The notes under the pieces: generated by a model | Databases searched by the model: none | Seen by the model: the letters and a program-made list of their open reading frames with translations, nothing else | What the model was told of the DNA's origin: nothing | Shown: positions 10,090-20,566 of the stretch, in pieces | How positions within the stretch are numbered: position 1 is the first letter of the stretch | Layout of the letters: the number at the start of each line of letters is the position of its first letter | From: an uncultured Acidobacteriota bacterium | GTDB taxonomy: Bacteria > Acidobacteriota > Thermoanaerobaculia > Multivoradales > JAHEKO01 | Direction of reading: 5' to 3' | Assembly: GCA_963713825.1 (NCBI GenBank) | Contig: CAVQNG010000003.1 | Span: 416,001 to 480,000, forward strand | DNA length: 64,000 nt | Made by a program: the position numbers and the translations under genes

Positions 10090-10662
10090 TCAGTTCGATT
10101 CCGGCGGGAATGGGCTCTCCCAGGGGACATCGTAGGTGTCGGTGAGCATGTTCATCATGACGCTGAAGAACCCCACCGCAAGAAGCTCGTCGATCTCGCT
10201 CTCCGAAAACCCCTCGTCTCTGAGCTGATTCTCGAAATCCCAATCCGGCTCTTCGACACGCTTGGGTTCGAGCGCGGCGCGAGAGACGATCTCTATGGCC
10301 ACCGGAAACGAGGGTGGAAGATTGGCAGTACAAGCTCCACCGGAAAGGGCCACGAGGTCCTCATACTTCAAAGTGGGGTCTAGATTCAACGCCGCGTGTC
10401 CGTGCAACGAAGTGCAGTATTCGTTGCCCGCGACAATCGAGATCTTGAACAGAATCAGCTGTTTTAGCAGCGCCGGAATCTCGCCTTCGATCACCGTCTC
10501 TTTGAGCATCGACCAGACCGCACGAAGCGTGTGTGGATTGTGGCCGAGGGCTTTGAGGAACTTGAGCACCGTGGGTGAGCCCATCGTGTCCACGATTTCA
10601 TCGTAGATGGCGCAGACCTCGGGTGACGCGTCTTCATACTCGACCTGGCTGGTTCGTTTCAT
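10090..10662 (-). CDS. Carboxymuconolactone decarboxylase / AhpD-like protein
   Basis: ASPEVCAIYDEI, KALGHNP, LKQLI..SIVAGNEYCTSLH; the usual CxxC reads NxxC. Confidence 0.8.
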   Translation of the reverse strand: MKRTSQVEYEDASPEVCAIYDEIVDTMGSPTVLKFLKALGHNPHTLRAVWSMLKETVIEGEIPALLKQLILFKISIVAGNEYCTSLHGHAALNLDPTLKYEDLVALSGGACTANLPPSFPVAIEIVSRAALEPKRVEEPDWDFENQLRDEGFSESEIDELLAVGFFSVMMNMLTDTYDVPWESPFPPESN

Positions 10663-10718
10663 CGCTGTCCTCTCGTTGGAGCCATTTTCAGTTGCTCAGT
10701 CACATCTGGATTTTTCGA

Positions 10719-12302
10719 TCAGTCAACGGTGATCGGGAGCTTGACCGTGAAACGCGTCTTTCCCGGCCGCGAGTCGACAGAGATCTGCCCACGGTGCTTC
10801 TCTACGACAATGCCATGGGTGAGATTGAGCCCCAGGCCCGTACCCTCCCCGGGGGGCTTGGTGGTGAAGAACGGATCGAAGATCTTCCCTTGCGCCTCCG
10901 GTGGGATTCCGGGCCCGTTGTCGGCAACCTGAACCACCACCCACTCACCCTCCTGGTACGCCTTCAATTCGAGCTCGCCCTCGTCACCCAATGCCGTGAT
11001 CGCGTTGTCGATGAGATGGGTCCAGACTTGGTTGAGCTCGCTGCCGAAGCCCTGAATGCGAGGTACTCCGTCCGAATAGGCGCGGGTCACGTTGATCCCA
11101 CCCCGAAGCCTGCTGTTCAGCATGACCAGAGTGTCGTTCAACCCCTCGCGAATGTCGATCAATTGAACAGGAGCCTGATCCATGAAGGAGTATCCCTTCA
11201 GGGCCTTGACGACCTCCGCAATCCGCCGAGTCCCGTGACCAATGTCCTCGAGCAGGTGGTAGACCGCAAACCGACTGCCAAAGAAGTCGATCACTACCGG
11301 AATCTCTGACGGGTGGAAATCCTTGGTCAGCTCCCCCAGCTCGGCAGGGCAAAGCCCCATCGCCACCAAAGTCGGCGCTACTTCCCACGGATCTTGGATG
11401 CCATTCTGGTCGAGCCAATTTTCTACCTCTTGTTCAAGATCACTGCGAGCAATGGGATCGAGCGAGTTCGGTTCCTTTGCACGCTTCTCAGCCTCCCTTT
11501 CGAGCTCCGCGATGTAGTCGTATTGCTGGTCCGAAAGTCCCGCCGCGCCGAGCGAGAATCGCGCCTGCTCGAGTCGGCCGATCGAGATTCTGAGTTGCTC
11601 CGCCCCCTGTTTGGAGGCAGCAGCCGGGTTGTTGAGCTCGTGAGCCATGCCCGCGCTCAAACGGCCCAAGGTCGCGAGCTTCTCGTTCTGACGCAGCATG
11701 ACTTCCTGTTCGAGGTAGGCTTGCTCCAGATCCCGAAGCTTCTGTTGCTCCCAGAGCATGTGGACCTTGCGGTGAAAGAAGCTACACACCATTGAGAGGC
11801 ACTTGACGTCGAGCTCGGAAAAGGGCTGGCGTCGCTTGCAGAACAGGAAGAGAGCCTGGGTTCTGCCATCCTCGACCAGGGTATTCACCGAGATCTGCTC
11901 GAGGTCCCCTTTCTGAAAGTGGTCAGGTAGCTGTTCCAGTGCTTCGCCCATCGGCTCACCGCAAAGGATGCGCGTCTTTCGGTCTCGCCACAGCTGCCCC
12001 TCGAGTCTCGAGAGGCCAGCCCGATTGGTGCGCACCACATCCGCCCGGCCTCGGAACCCGTCGACCACAATCGCGATGGGCTCCGGCCCCTCGTTGTTTT
12101 CGGGATCGATGTCGAAACAGAGGTAGCGCCAGGCGTAGACATCTGTGACGTATTTGAGCCTGTGTGCCAGTACCTCCCCTACCGCCTCGATGTCGGTCGC
12201 TGCATTGACGGCGCCGGTCAACTCGAAGAGCGCCTCGTATCGCGACACCTTCGAAAGGAGGTCCTGAACCGAGGATTGCGAGCTGGTCGCCTGGTCGCTC
12301 AT
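10719..12302 (-). CDS. Cytoplasmic sensor histidine kinase with GAF-like N-terminus
   Basis: EKLATLGRLSAGMAHELNNP (H box), LNQVWTHLIDNA, DNGPGI, FFTTKPPGEGTGLGL. Confidence 0.92.
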   Translation of the reverse strand: MSDQATSSQSSVQDLLSKVSRYEALFELTGAVNAATDIEAVGEVLAHRLKYVTDVYAWRYLCFDIDPENNEGPEPIAIVVDGFRGRADVVRTNRAGLSRLEGQLWRDRKTRILCGEPMGEALEQLPDHFQKGDLEQISVNTLVEDGRTQALFLFCKRRQPFSELDVKCLSMVCSFFHRKVHMLWEQQKLRDLEQAYLEQEVMLRQNEKLATLGRLSAGMAHELNNPAAASKQGAEQLRISIGRLEQARFSLGAAGLSDQQYDYIAELEREAEKRAKEPNSLDPIARSDLEQEVENWLDQNGIQDPWEVAPTLVAMGLCPAELGELTKDFHPSEIPVVIDFFGSRFAVYHLLEDIGHGTRRIAEVVKALKGYSFMDQAPVQLIDIREGLNDTLVMLNSRLRGGINVTRAYSDGVPRIQGFGSELNQVWTHLIDNAITALGDEGELELKAYQEGEWVVVQVADNGPGIPPEAQGKIFDPFFTTKPPGEGTGLGLNLTHGIVVEKHRGQISVDSRPGKTRFTVKLPITVD

Positions 12303-12325
12303 TTGGAAGTAGCCATTGAAACTCT

Positions 12326-13243
12326 TTAGCTCGGCATGGCCCGTCGCGCGACAGGGGGAACCCCGAAGTGCTTCTTGAACGTTCTCGAGAAATGGCTCCG
12401 GCTCGCGAATCCCACTCGTCGAGCCACCGCCTCCATCGGCAGTTCGTCCCCCCTTTCCAGAAGCCCCAATGCGCGTTCCATTCGAATCCTGCGCACCATG
12501 CTCATCGGGGGCAGGCCGAAAGCTCTTGTGAAGTTCTGTGAGAAGGCCGAACGGCTCATCGAGGCTGTTTCGGCAAGCTTCTCCACCGTGTGCGAGTCGG
12601 CCGGGTCTCGCAGTATGCGGTCGAGCACCCGTGCCAGACGCTCGTCTTCAAGAGCAGCCAACCACGGCAGCGAGCAGGTACCTCCCTCGCAGAGGCGACG
12701 CAGAAGGTGGACGATGCACTGACTCATGAGAGCCGCTTTCATCGCCTCGCTTCCTGGCCCAGCCGTCGATTGCTCGGCCAAGATGGCCTCGAACGCAGCG
12801 CCCGCTTGCGGGATGTCGGACAAGTCTTCGACAACTACATCCTCGAGTTTGTCGAAAAGACCCAGGGCTGCTCCATAGCGGACTTTCACCAAGCCGCAAG
12901 CAACGATCATTTCGGGAGGCTCCACCGATCCCGTTGCAATCACGGCAGCGCTCGGCAGGTGCTCCGAATCCGGATCGATGAAACACTCCTCACCGGATTC
13001 ACCCTTCGTCTCGAGCGAATGCTGCGCTCTTCTGGGAACAATAGCCAACGAGCATGGCTCGAGGAGCTGAGCGGTTCCCGACGCCGATCGCACGAACCCC
13101 GAACCCGCAATCACGAAATGAAGCATCACCCTCGCCGATCCCGGCAAGACGAGCCGCCGCCCCGGGCTCACTTCGCAAAGGGAGAACGGCTCGACATGAA
13201 TGTCGAGATTCGACAGCAGCTTGTCGAGTAACACTGTCCGCAT
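12326..13243 (-). CDS. AraC-family regulator with cupin sensor (RclR-like)
   Basis: LHFVIAGSG, IVACG, LAALEDERL, TVEKLAETASMSRSAF, VGFASRSHFSRTFKKHFG. Confidence 0.9.
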   Translation of the reverse strand: MRTVLLDKLLSNLDIHVEPFSLCEVSPGRRLVLPGSARVMLHFVIAGSGFVRSASGTAQLLEPCSLAIVPRRAQHSLETKGESGEECFIDPDSEHLPSAAVIATGSVEPPEMIVACGLVKVRYGAALGLFDKLEDVVVEDLSDIPQAGAAFEAILAEQSTAGPGSEAMKAALMSQCIVHLLRRLCEGGTCSLPWLAALEDERLARVLDRILRDPADSHTVEKLAETASMSRSAFSQNFTRAFGLPPMSMVRRIRMERALGLLERGDELPMEAVARRVGFASRSHFSRTFKKHFGVPPVARRAMPS

Positions 13244-13395
13244 GCTACTCCCGCTTGCGCCGCGGCGCAAACGAGGCGGACAAAAGAGCACACATCACGG
13301 ACCACTTGACACCCGGGTTTAGCGACACTACTCGAGAAGGCAGCCGACAGTCGGCTCTCAGGATCTGAAGGGAAACAGAAGAGGAGACCCAAGAA

Positions 13396-14160
13396 ATGAA
13401 GACAAGAACCTCAATCGCAATCGTGGCAATCGTGCTGGGGAGTCTGGCAGCAATCGGCGCCAATGCTCAGCTTCCTGATCCAGGCTTGACGATCGACACC
13501 GCCCGAACCGCCGTGGTCATCACCGACCCCCAGAATGACTTTCTCAGCCCAGACGGTGTCACCTGGGGCCTCGTCGGTGCCAGCGTGACCGCCAACAAGA
13601 CCGTAGAGAACATCGAGAGTCTGATCAAGGCAGCCAAGAGTGTGGGCATGCCGGTCTTCATCTCTCCCCACTACTACTACCCGACCGATGATGGTTGGCA
13701 GTTCGGCGGCGCGGTCGAGACGATGATGCACTCGGTCAACATGTTTGGCCGCACCGGTGCTCTCTCAACGGAAGGCTTCAGCGGCTCGGGAGCCGATTGG
13801 CTCGAGCGCTACAAGCCCCTGATCGAAGACGGCAAGACCGTAGTCGTCAGCCCACACAAGGTCTACGGCCCCGACACCAACGACCTGGTCTTGCAGCTTC
13901 GCAAGCGAGGCATCGACAAGGTCATCCTCGGCGGAATGTCCGCCAACCTTTGCACCGAGTCCCATCTCCGCGAGCTTCTCGAGCAGGGATTCGAGGTAGC
14001 CGTGGTCACGGATGCCACTGCAGCCGCGCAGACGCCTGACATCGATGGCTACGCTGCCGCTCTCACGAACTTCCGATTCCTGGCCAACGCCAACTGGACG
14101 ACAGCCCAGGCCACCGGCAAGATCAAGGCTGGCCCCAGCACCGCGGTCAGTGCCGAGTAA
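13396..14160 (+). CDS. Cysteine hydrolase (isochorismatase family) with signal peptide
   Basis: Asp-Lys-Cys triad motifs ITDPQNDF, PHKVYG, GMSANLCTES; strong GAGGAG RBS. Confidence 0.9.
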   Translation: MKTRTSIAIVAIVLGSLAAIGANAQLPDPGLTIDTARTAVVITDPQNDFLSPDGVTWGLVGASVTANKTVENIESLIKAAKSVGMPVFISPHYYYPTDDGWQFGGAVETMMHSVNMFGRTGALSTEGFSGSGADWLERYKPLIEDGKTVVVSPHKVYGPDTNDLVLQLRKRGIDKVILGGMSANLCTESHLRELLEQGFEVAVVTDATAAAQTPDIDGYAAALTNFRFLANANWTTAQATGKIKAGPSTAVSAE

Positions 14161-14186
14161 CTCGAGACCGAACCGGAACGTAATAC

Positions 14187-14215
14187 GGGCGGGGTCGATC
14201 GTGACCCCGCCCTTT
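14187..14215. terminator. Intrinsic terminator-like hairpin between convergent genes
   Basis: Perfect 10-bp stem GGGCGGGGTC / GACCCCGCCC with a 6-nt loop, followed by TTT. Confidence 0.7.
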
Positions 14216-14240
14216 GGACCGAGGGGAATTTGCCAGCGGG

Positions 14241-14807
14241 TCAGAACTTCACCAAATAATCCTTCGCTTCAAGGCATACGCTGAAAGCCTTCTTGAAGTC
14301 CTCCACCTGCTGGGCAGTGGCCGCCTGCTGTTGCGCCGCTTGCTGATCGATCTGACCGGTGGCCTCGTTCTGCTTTTGGCGGCGGGCCCTTCGTCCGCCA
14401 AGTCCACCCACGACAGCGCCGATCGCCGCACCGGTGCCGGGATCATCGCTGGCAATCTGCCCGATCAGCGCACCGCCGGCAGCACCGACCAAAGCGCCTT
14501 TGGCCCCGGCGCCCTTTCCTGCTTGTGAGACCTCTCCTTTCGCCGCCTCGGCTTGTTGTTGCTGCTGTTCGGCCTGTTTGGCCAGTTGGAAGGGGTCGGT
14601 GCCGATATTGTTGACCGCCCAGGTGTAGCACTCGGCCTCGTCTATGTTCTGCTGGTCTGCCGCTTGGCCTTCGGCCGGGAAGGCGTAGACGTTCATCGTG
14701 GCTGCCAGAGTCTTCTGTCCCGTTGGTTCGTTGACTGCAGATTGGGCTGTAGCCATGCAAGCAATGGTGAGCGTCACGGCGACGCACAGGATGAGGATTC
14801 GTTTCAT
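14241..14807 (-). CDS. Exported glycine-zipper protein
   Basis: Signal peptide, YAFPAEGQ..QQNIDEAECYTWA, GALVGAAGGALIG..GAAIGAVVGG, AFSVCLE. Confidence 0.85.
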   Translation of the reverse strand: MKRILILCVAVTLTIACMATAQSAVNEPTGQKTLAATMNVYAFPAEGQAADQQNIDEAECYTWAVNNIGTDPFQLAKQAEQQQQQAEAAKGEVSQAGKGAGAKGALVGAAGGALIGQIASDDPGTGAAIGAVVGGLGGRRARRQKQNEATGQIDQQAAQQQAATAQQVEDFKKAFSVCLEAKDYLVKF

Positions 14808-14818
14808 GATTCTTCCCC

Positions 14819-15238
14819 TCAATCGTTGGGCTCGATCGGTGTGCAGTAGGAAAAGAGAGCCAGAACGTGGCCCTCCAGGACAACGGCGGTCGATCCGGTC
14901 CCCGAGTCCTGGTCGAGAACAATACTGAATGCGCGGCTATCCTGGACACCCTGGATAAAGATCCGGTCTCCTTCGCGCTCGATGCTCTTCATCGGCGTCG
15001 AGCGGTCTTCGCCGCTCGCTGCCGTGGTGCGGAGCATCTTCTCCTTCAAGTCGACCTTGACGAACCGAGGAGCACTCCATTCACCGGGGTTGCCGGGAAA
15101 GCAGCTTCCGTCGGCAAAGCACTCGGTGGCTCGCACTGTGGTACAGAGCAGGTGATCTGCCCCGGTAACGTCATCGGCAAATGCTGGCGCTATCGCCAGG
15201 AGTGCCAGCGACGCGGCGGCAAGAATCATCGGTCTCAT
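14819..15238 (-). CDS. Hypothetical exported protein
   Basis: Signal peptide ending APAFA, GAGGAG RBS, four Cys; same strand as the glycine-zipper gene and 11 bp from it. Confidence 0.75.
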   Translation of the reverse strand: MRPMILAAASLALLAIAPAFADDVTGADHLLCTTVRATECFADGSCFPGNPGEWSAPRFVKVDLKEKMLRTTAASGEDRSTPMKSIEREGDRIFIQGVQDSRAFSIVLDQDSGTGSTAVVLEGHVLALFSYCTPIEPND

Positions 15239-15360
15239 CTTCGTTTCTCCTCTATTGCTGGTTTCGAAAGAGGCAGGGCCTGCCTGGGCCAACGAGCTGC
15301 TGCCTCACCGCCCTCCTCCAATCCGCGGCGAACGCATTTGTAGAATTACAACGATACAGG

Positions 15361-17619
15361 ATGTCACCTGAGGACCTCTATCCGCCATCGGGTTACAATC
15401 ACACCAACTTGATCGGCCAGACGCTGTCTCATTTCAGGATCACCGCCAAGCTCGGTGAAGGCGGTATGGGAGAGGTCTATCGCGCCGAGGACACCAAGCT
15501 CAAGCGGGAGGTGGCGCTCAAGGTACTCCCGACTGAGCTGGCGGGCTCTCAGGAGCGACTGGGGCGGTTCCAGCGCGAGGCCGAGACACTGGCGGCGCTC
15601 GATCACCCGAACATCGTCACCATCTACTCGGTCGAGCAGGTCGAGGGTGTGCACTTCCTGACCATGCAGTTGGTCGAGGGCAAGCCACTGTCGGAGCTCA
15701 TCCCCACTGACGGCCTGCCGCTCGAGCGCATCTTCGAGATCGCCATGCCCCTGACCGAGGCCCTGGCCGCCGCGCACGCGAAGGGCGTGATTCACAGAGA
15801 CCTCAAGCCCAGCAACATCATGGTCACCAACGACGGCGGCGTGAAAGTGCTGGACTTCGGTCTCGCCAAAATCGGCCAGGCCGCGGGTGAGGGTGCGCAC
15901 ACCCAGATGCCTACCGAGCTCCTGACCGAGGAGAACCGGATCCTCGGAACGCTGGCGTACATGTCGCCGGAACAGCTTGGCGGCAAGGTTCTCGACGCCA
16001 GCTCGGACATCTTCTCGCTTGGCGTGGTTCTCTATGAAATGGCCACCGGCAAGCGGCCGTTCGACGGCGACACTCCGGTTTCGACCATCACGGCCATCCT
16101 GAACGAAACACCCTCTTCCGCCAGCTCCTTACGCGACTCGCTGCCGGCGTCCCTCGACGCGGTCATTTCGCGCTGTCTGGAAAAGGACCCACAGCAGCGG
16201 TTTCGAAGCGTGGAGGAATTGGGACTGGCTCTGCGCGGATCTGGAACCGACCCGGTCAATGATCATTCCAGCCGACCGCTAGTGAAACTCGCGATCGGGG
16301 CACTCGTGGCTCTTGCTGTAATCATCGCCGTCCTCACCCTGCGGCCGAACGGCGAAGAAGACGTCGCACTCGTCCCCACCGAAGCCAGCGACGCGCAGTC
16401 GCTCGGCCCGTCAATCGCTGTCCTCCCTTTCACCAACGCCAGCGGCGACCCGGAGCAAGAGTACCTGGCCAACGGCCTCACCGAGGAGCTCATCACCCAA
16501 CTGTCCAAGTACCAGGAGCTCATGGTGGTCGCCCGCTCCTCAATTCTCAAGTACAAGGACCTGCCCGTAGACATTCGAGAGGTCGGTGAGGCGCTGGGGA
16601 TTCGCTACCTACTGCAGGGAACCGTGCAGAAATCCGGAGACAAGATGCGGCTGACCGCACAGCTCTCGGATTCCAGCAACGGCCGACAGATCTGGGGAGA
16701 GAGCTACGACCGCGACTTGACCGCCAGTGATTTTTTCAGTCTGCAGGACGAGCTGACCGATGAGGTCCTGAGTGCGATCGCCGGATCGTACGGAGCGCTG
16801 TTCCAAGCCGAGCTCGCGCAGGCGCGACGCAAACCGCCTTCGAGCCTCGACGCCTACGACTGCGTCCTGCGGGTCTACGACTACCTCCAGATCCACTCTG
16901 GAGAGAAACACCTTGCCGCGCGCGATTGTCTGGAAAAAGTGGTGGACGAGAACTCCGACTACGTCGACGCCCTCGCCTGGCTGGCCTACCTCTACGGTGA
17001 GGAATATCACCATCGCTGGAACGCGCGGCCCGACGAATACGACGCTCTCGATCGCGCACTACAAGCGGGCGAAGACGCCGTTCAGCTCGATGCCGTTAGC
17101 CAAGTAGCACATGGCTGTCTCGCAATGACACTCTTCATGCGTGGAGACTACGACCGCGCTACCGTCGAGGCGCAACGAGCGGTCGATCTCAACCCGCGGA
17201 ATGCCGTGTGGCTGGGCTTGATGGGCCTCTATCTCTCCCAGCTGGGAGACTCCGAGCGCGGCCTGCCGATGGTACGCGAAGCGACCCTGCTCAGCCCTCA
17301 TCCGCCAGCCTGGATCCACATGGCCTACTTCTACGACCACTATCTCAACGGCCGCTACAACGAAGCTCTGAATGAAGCGCGCCTTCTGGATTGGGACGGA
17401 GACTTCCGCATCCCGCTATTCGTCGCGGCCAGCTACGGGCAGCTCGGGCGCGCCGACGAGGCTGCACCCGCGCTAGCGGAGCTCAGGGCTCTCTGGACCA
17501 TGCCTGTAGAGGACCTCGGACCCGAACTGATCGAGCGCCACGCGATCGCGCCGGAGTTGACTGACCTTCTGCTGGAAGGGCTGGCGAAAGCCGGCCTCGA
17601 AGGGCTTCCTGGATCCTGA
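15361..17619 (+). CDS. Ser/Thr protein kinase with TM helix, TolB-like and TPR domains
   Basis: LGEGGMGEVY, VALK, HRDLKPSN, DFGLAK, YMSPEQ; SIAVLPF..EYLANGLTEELI; TPR-like C-terminus. Start is ATG 15361 or TTG 15409. Confidence 0.93.
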   Translation: MSPEDLYPPSGYNHTNLIGQTLSHFRITAKLGEGGMGEVYRAEDTKLKREVALKVLPTELAGSQERLGRFQREAETLAALDHPNIVTIYSVEQVEGVHFLTMQLVEGKPLSELIPTDGLPLERIFEIAMPLTEALAAAHAKGVIHRDLKPSNIMVTNDGGVKVLDFGLAKIGQAAGEGAHTQMPTELLTEENRILGTLAYMSPEQLGGKVLDASSDIFSLGVVLYEMATGKRPFDGDTPVSTITAILNETPSSASSLRDSLPASLDAVISRCLEKDPQQRFRSVEELGLALRGSGTDPVNDHSSRPLVKLAIGALVALAVIIAVLTLRPNGEEDVALVPTEASDAQSLGPSIAVLPFTNASGDPEQEYLANGLTEELITQLSKYQELMVVARSSILKYKDLPVDIREVGEALGIRYLLQGTVQKSGDKMRLTAQLSDSSNGRQIWGESYDRDLTASDFFSLQDELTDEVLSAIAGSYGALFQAELAQARRKPPSSLDAYDCVLRVYDYLQIHSGEKHLAARDCLEKVVDENSDYVDALAWLAYLYGEEYHHRWNARPDEYDALDRALQAGEDAVQLDAVSQVAHGCLAMTLFMRGDYDRATVEAQRAVDLNPRNAVWLGLMGLYLSQLGDSERGLPMVREATLLSPHPPAWIHMAYFYDHYLNGRYNEALNEARLLDWDGDFRIPLFVAASYGQLGRADEAAPALAELRALWTMPVEDLGPELIERHAIAPELTDLLLEGLAKAGLEGLPGS

Positions 17620-17736
17620 CCAACCTCCCACATCGACGAAGTTGACGGTGCGGAAAACCGGGCACTCACCATCGAGGGACAAGCCGCCTGACGACGAACC
17701 GCACCCCGGGTGTGCCAAGCGACAACCGAATCCGCG

Positions 17737-19704
17737 CTACGGCGTGTACCAGATCGGTGCGGTGTAGGCTCGCTCCTGGTGCGTGGTTTCAGCGCCTTCG
17801 GGTATTTCGACGCCGAAACGAAACGCGTCGTAGACAATCCAGCGCGGCGTCGGGATCTCGAGTACACGTGCATAGTAAAACGCGCGCTGCTTTGGATCGA
17901 AGTCGGGATCGGTCCAGACCGTGGCAAGCTCGGATGCGCCTATGGTGTTCATCCAGTTGGCCGCCGCAATGTCCACCGTATTGCCGACTGCGGGCAGCAC
18001 GCCGCTGGCATTGGGCTCGCGGCCGGCAGACCAGGCGACGTCATAGACCTTCTCGTGCGTCTGGCCATTCGCATCCAGCCAGCCTTTCACGATCTGAATG
18101 CGGTCGAGGTTGGCGCCAATCGCATCGCGCAGAGCGTAGACCATGAAGGTGGGGGCACCGGCGGCGTTGTGTGCCCGCAGATCGCCACCCATCGGCACGC
18201 CTTTCTCGTAGCCCCGGAAGGCGGGCGCGCGGCTATTCAAGTCCTCTGCGGTGAAGTCCCAGCCCCCAAAGAAGCGCACGGTGATGCGCGGGCCCGTAGT
18301 GCCGTAGACCTCCTTGCGTGCCATCGCGTCCCAGATCGCAGTGCGGGTGTTCTCAGCAGCCCAAACGCCGGTATACCCCGAGGCGACCAGCTCGTAACCC
18401 TCGAAGACACCATTCTCGGTTTCCGTGAAGGGGTGCATCATGCGCCCGGGCGAAGGTTCGGCGTTGGTCGCCTTACCGAAGAAATTCTCTTCCTCGACAG
18501 CGGACAGCGCGGTATGGCTGTCGGTCGATCCGATGAGGCCGAACTTGTAGGGATTGGTGCCGAGGTTGTTCTCCAGCAGAAGTCCGTTCTTGAGGGCCTC
18601 GCGGGCATACTCGGTCTTGAGCATCGCTTCGGTCTTGGCTTCGGAAAGATCGAGATTACCGGCGTCCCAGGTCTCGTAGTCAGCGAAGGCGTCATCCGGC
18701 GACAGCAGCGGATGGGCCTCACCGTCGCCCTTGATCTGGGTGACCTCGTACATCGGCTCCCAGCGAGCCCGCTTCTCGACGTAGTTCCGGTCGATCTTGC
18801 GGCCGGTGTACTGCGCGTCAACCGGGAACATGATGCCGTTCGACAGATTGCCATTGTGGGCCAGGGCGAGCGCCGAGCCTCCGGTTTCGGCCTCGTAGCT
18901 CTCCAGATATGCATAAAGATCAAGCGGGTCTGTAGAACCGACCGGTGCCTGGGTGGTGTAGGGCACGACCTGGCCAGCCTTGGCGGCGCCCTCGCGGAAG
19001 ATCACGTTGCGGTGCAGGTTGTTGCCCTTGACCAGTGAGGTCCATTCGAAACCGATGAAGGTGGTGAACGAGCCCGGATCGTTGAAGCGCTCGGCCGCAT
19101 CGACGACCCTCTCCCAGATCGACTCATAGGTCGCACCGCCTGGTGAGTACTCGGCCATCATCTCTGGATTGATCTCACCCTGCGAGAAGGTGGTGATCAG
19201 ATCCAGCGCCGCTGCAACCGAGGAGTCGCCACCGGCCTGCAAGCCGTCGTACCAGCGCTTTCCCTGTTCGTACTTGATGATGTCTGGCTCGCCTGCAGCC
19301 ATGTCGGTGAAGAAACCCATGCCATCGGAATGATCGGCGATCACCAGCCAGTCGAGCGGGCGACCCAGTTTGGCCGGCTGGCCGCTCGAGGCCATCACTT
19401 CCTCGCCGCGGGCGAAGCGGTAGGCGTCGTCCAGGCCGAGGCGGGCGCCGAATAGACCAGCATCCATGGAGAGGCCTGTATGCAGGTGCGTGTCGCCCCA
19501 GAACACCTGGTCGGGGAAGCTGCGCTGTGCATAGGGCGAATACGCCTTGCCGGGATAGAGACCCGATAACGAGTCCTTAGAGGGAGTGATCTGGGCGAAC
19601 ACGGGCGCCGCAGAGCCAACAAGCAAGATCGCACACAGAAGACTGAAGGTCAGGATGGAACGGAAACGTGAGGGGGCCACCGTGGCCAATTGCGTCAAGA
19701 ACAT
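17737..19704 (-). CDS. DUF3604 domain protein (exported, PHP-like metal-binding)
   Basis: [63 protein letters not shown]. Start approximate. Confidence 0.9.
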   Translation of the reverse strand: MFLTQLATVAPSRFRSILTFSLLCAILLVGSAAPVFAQITPSKDSLSGLYPGKAYSPYAQRSFPDQVFWGDTHLHTGLSMDAGLFGARLGLDDAYRFARGEEVMASSGQPAKLGRPLDWLVIADHSDGMGFFTDMAAGEPDIIKYEQGKRWYDGLQAGGDSSVAAALDLITTFSQGEINPEMMAEYSPGGATYESIWERVVDAAERFNDPGSFTTFIGFEWTSLVKGNNLHRNVIFREGAAKAGQVVPYTTQAPVGSTDPLDLYAYLESYEAETGGSALALAHNGNLSNGIMFPVDAQYTGRKIDRNYVEKRARWEPMYEVTQIKGDGEAHPLLSPDDAFADYETWDAGNLDLSEAKTEAMLKTEYAREALKNGLLLENNLGTNPYKFGLIGSTDSHTALSAVEEENFFGKATNAEPSPGRMMHPFTETENGVFEGYELVASGYTGVWAAENTRTAIWDAMARKEVYGTTGPRITVRFFGGWDFTAEDLNSRAPAFRGYEKGVPMGGDLRAHNAAGAPTFMVYALRDAIGANLDRIQIVKGWLDANGQTHEKVYDVAWSAGREPNASGVLPAVGNTVDIAAANWMNTIGASELATVWTDPDFDPKQRAFYYARVLEIPTPRWIVYDAFRFGVEIPEGAETTHQERAYTAPIWYTP

Positions 19705-19941
19705 TGCTTGTTCTCCCTTCTCTAGTGAGGTGGTGCCGCTTTGCGGATCGAGATCTCTTTCTCTACTCTTCTGACCAATGGAGTATTGCAGATTCAAAGC
19801 AGACATTCGCGATCTTCCGCAAGGCTAGCCTGACGTTGGCCATTCACGGGGGAGCTAGCCTCGGGAGAGATCGTGATGCCACAGGACCCGAGCCGCCACC
19901 GCGCGCCAGGGTTGCCACGACTCGGCCAGCATGCCAGCGAA

Positions 19942-20505
19942 TCAGGGCTTCTCCACGGGTGGCGGGGGCGCGCGGAGCATGGCAACGACTTTCAGGTGGC
20001 CGTTCTGCGTCGCAAAGCTCTCAGCGGTATCGCCGTCCACATCCTCCAGATCCGGATCGGCTCCATACGCCAGGAGGACCCGGACGACCTCGACTTGCCC
20101 TTCCGCGGCAGCCGTCATCAGCGCCGTGAAGCCCTCGCCGGTGCCCTGGACATTCACGTCAGCCCCCTTTTCGAGCAGAAGCCCCACGGTCGCAGCGAAC
20201 GGACCACTGGAGGCGTACATCAGGGCCGTCCGTCCGTTCATCTCTCGGGCGTCGATGGTAGCTCCATGCTCCAGTAGAAGAGCGTCCACAGCGGTGTGGC
20301 CGTTGAAACTGGCCCACATCAGAGCCGTGCGGCCGTCGGGATCCGGGACGTCGACGGCGGCACCCTCCTCGAGGAGGCGCTTCACCTCATCCAGATTCCC
20401 GGCAAAGGCCGCCTCGTGAAGGGCCTCTACCTGCGCCGACGGCTGCGCGCCGACGACACCGGACACCAGGGAATTAACGACGAACAGCCAGTGAATGATC
20501 TTCAT
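19942..20505 (-). CDS. Ankyrin repeat protein with signal peptide
   Basis: Repeats GRTALMWA, GRTALMYA, GFTALMTA with LLxxGA. Confidence 0.92.
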   Translation of the reverse strand: MKIIHWLFVVNSLVSGVVGAQPSAQVEALHEAAFAGNLDEVKRLLEEGAAVDVPDPDGRTALMWASFNGHTAVDALLLEHGATIDAREMNGRTALMYASSGPFAATVGLLLEKGADVNVQGTGEGFTALMTAAAEGQVEVVRVLLAYGADPDLEDVDGDTAESFATQNGHLKVVAMLRAPPPPVEKP

Positions 20506-20566
20506 CGGGACATCCTCAGCGACGTTAGCAGGAAACGAGCTCCGGGGCGCCGCAACTGAAGGGTGC

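Noticed and set aside
17710-19038. 442-aa plus-strand ORF
   Set aside because: Antisense shadow of the DUF3604 gene in GC-rich DNA; no recognisable motifs.
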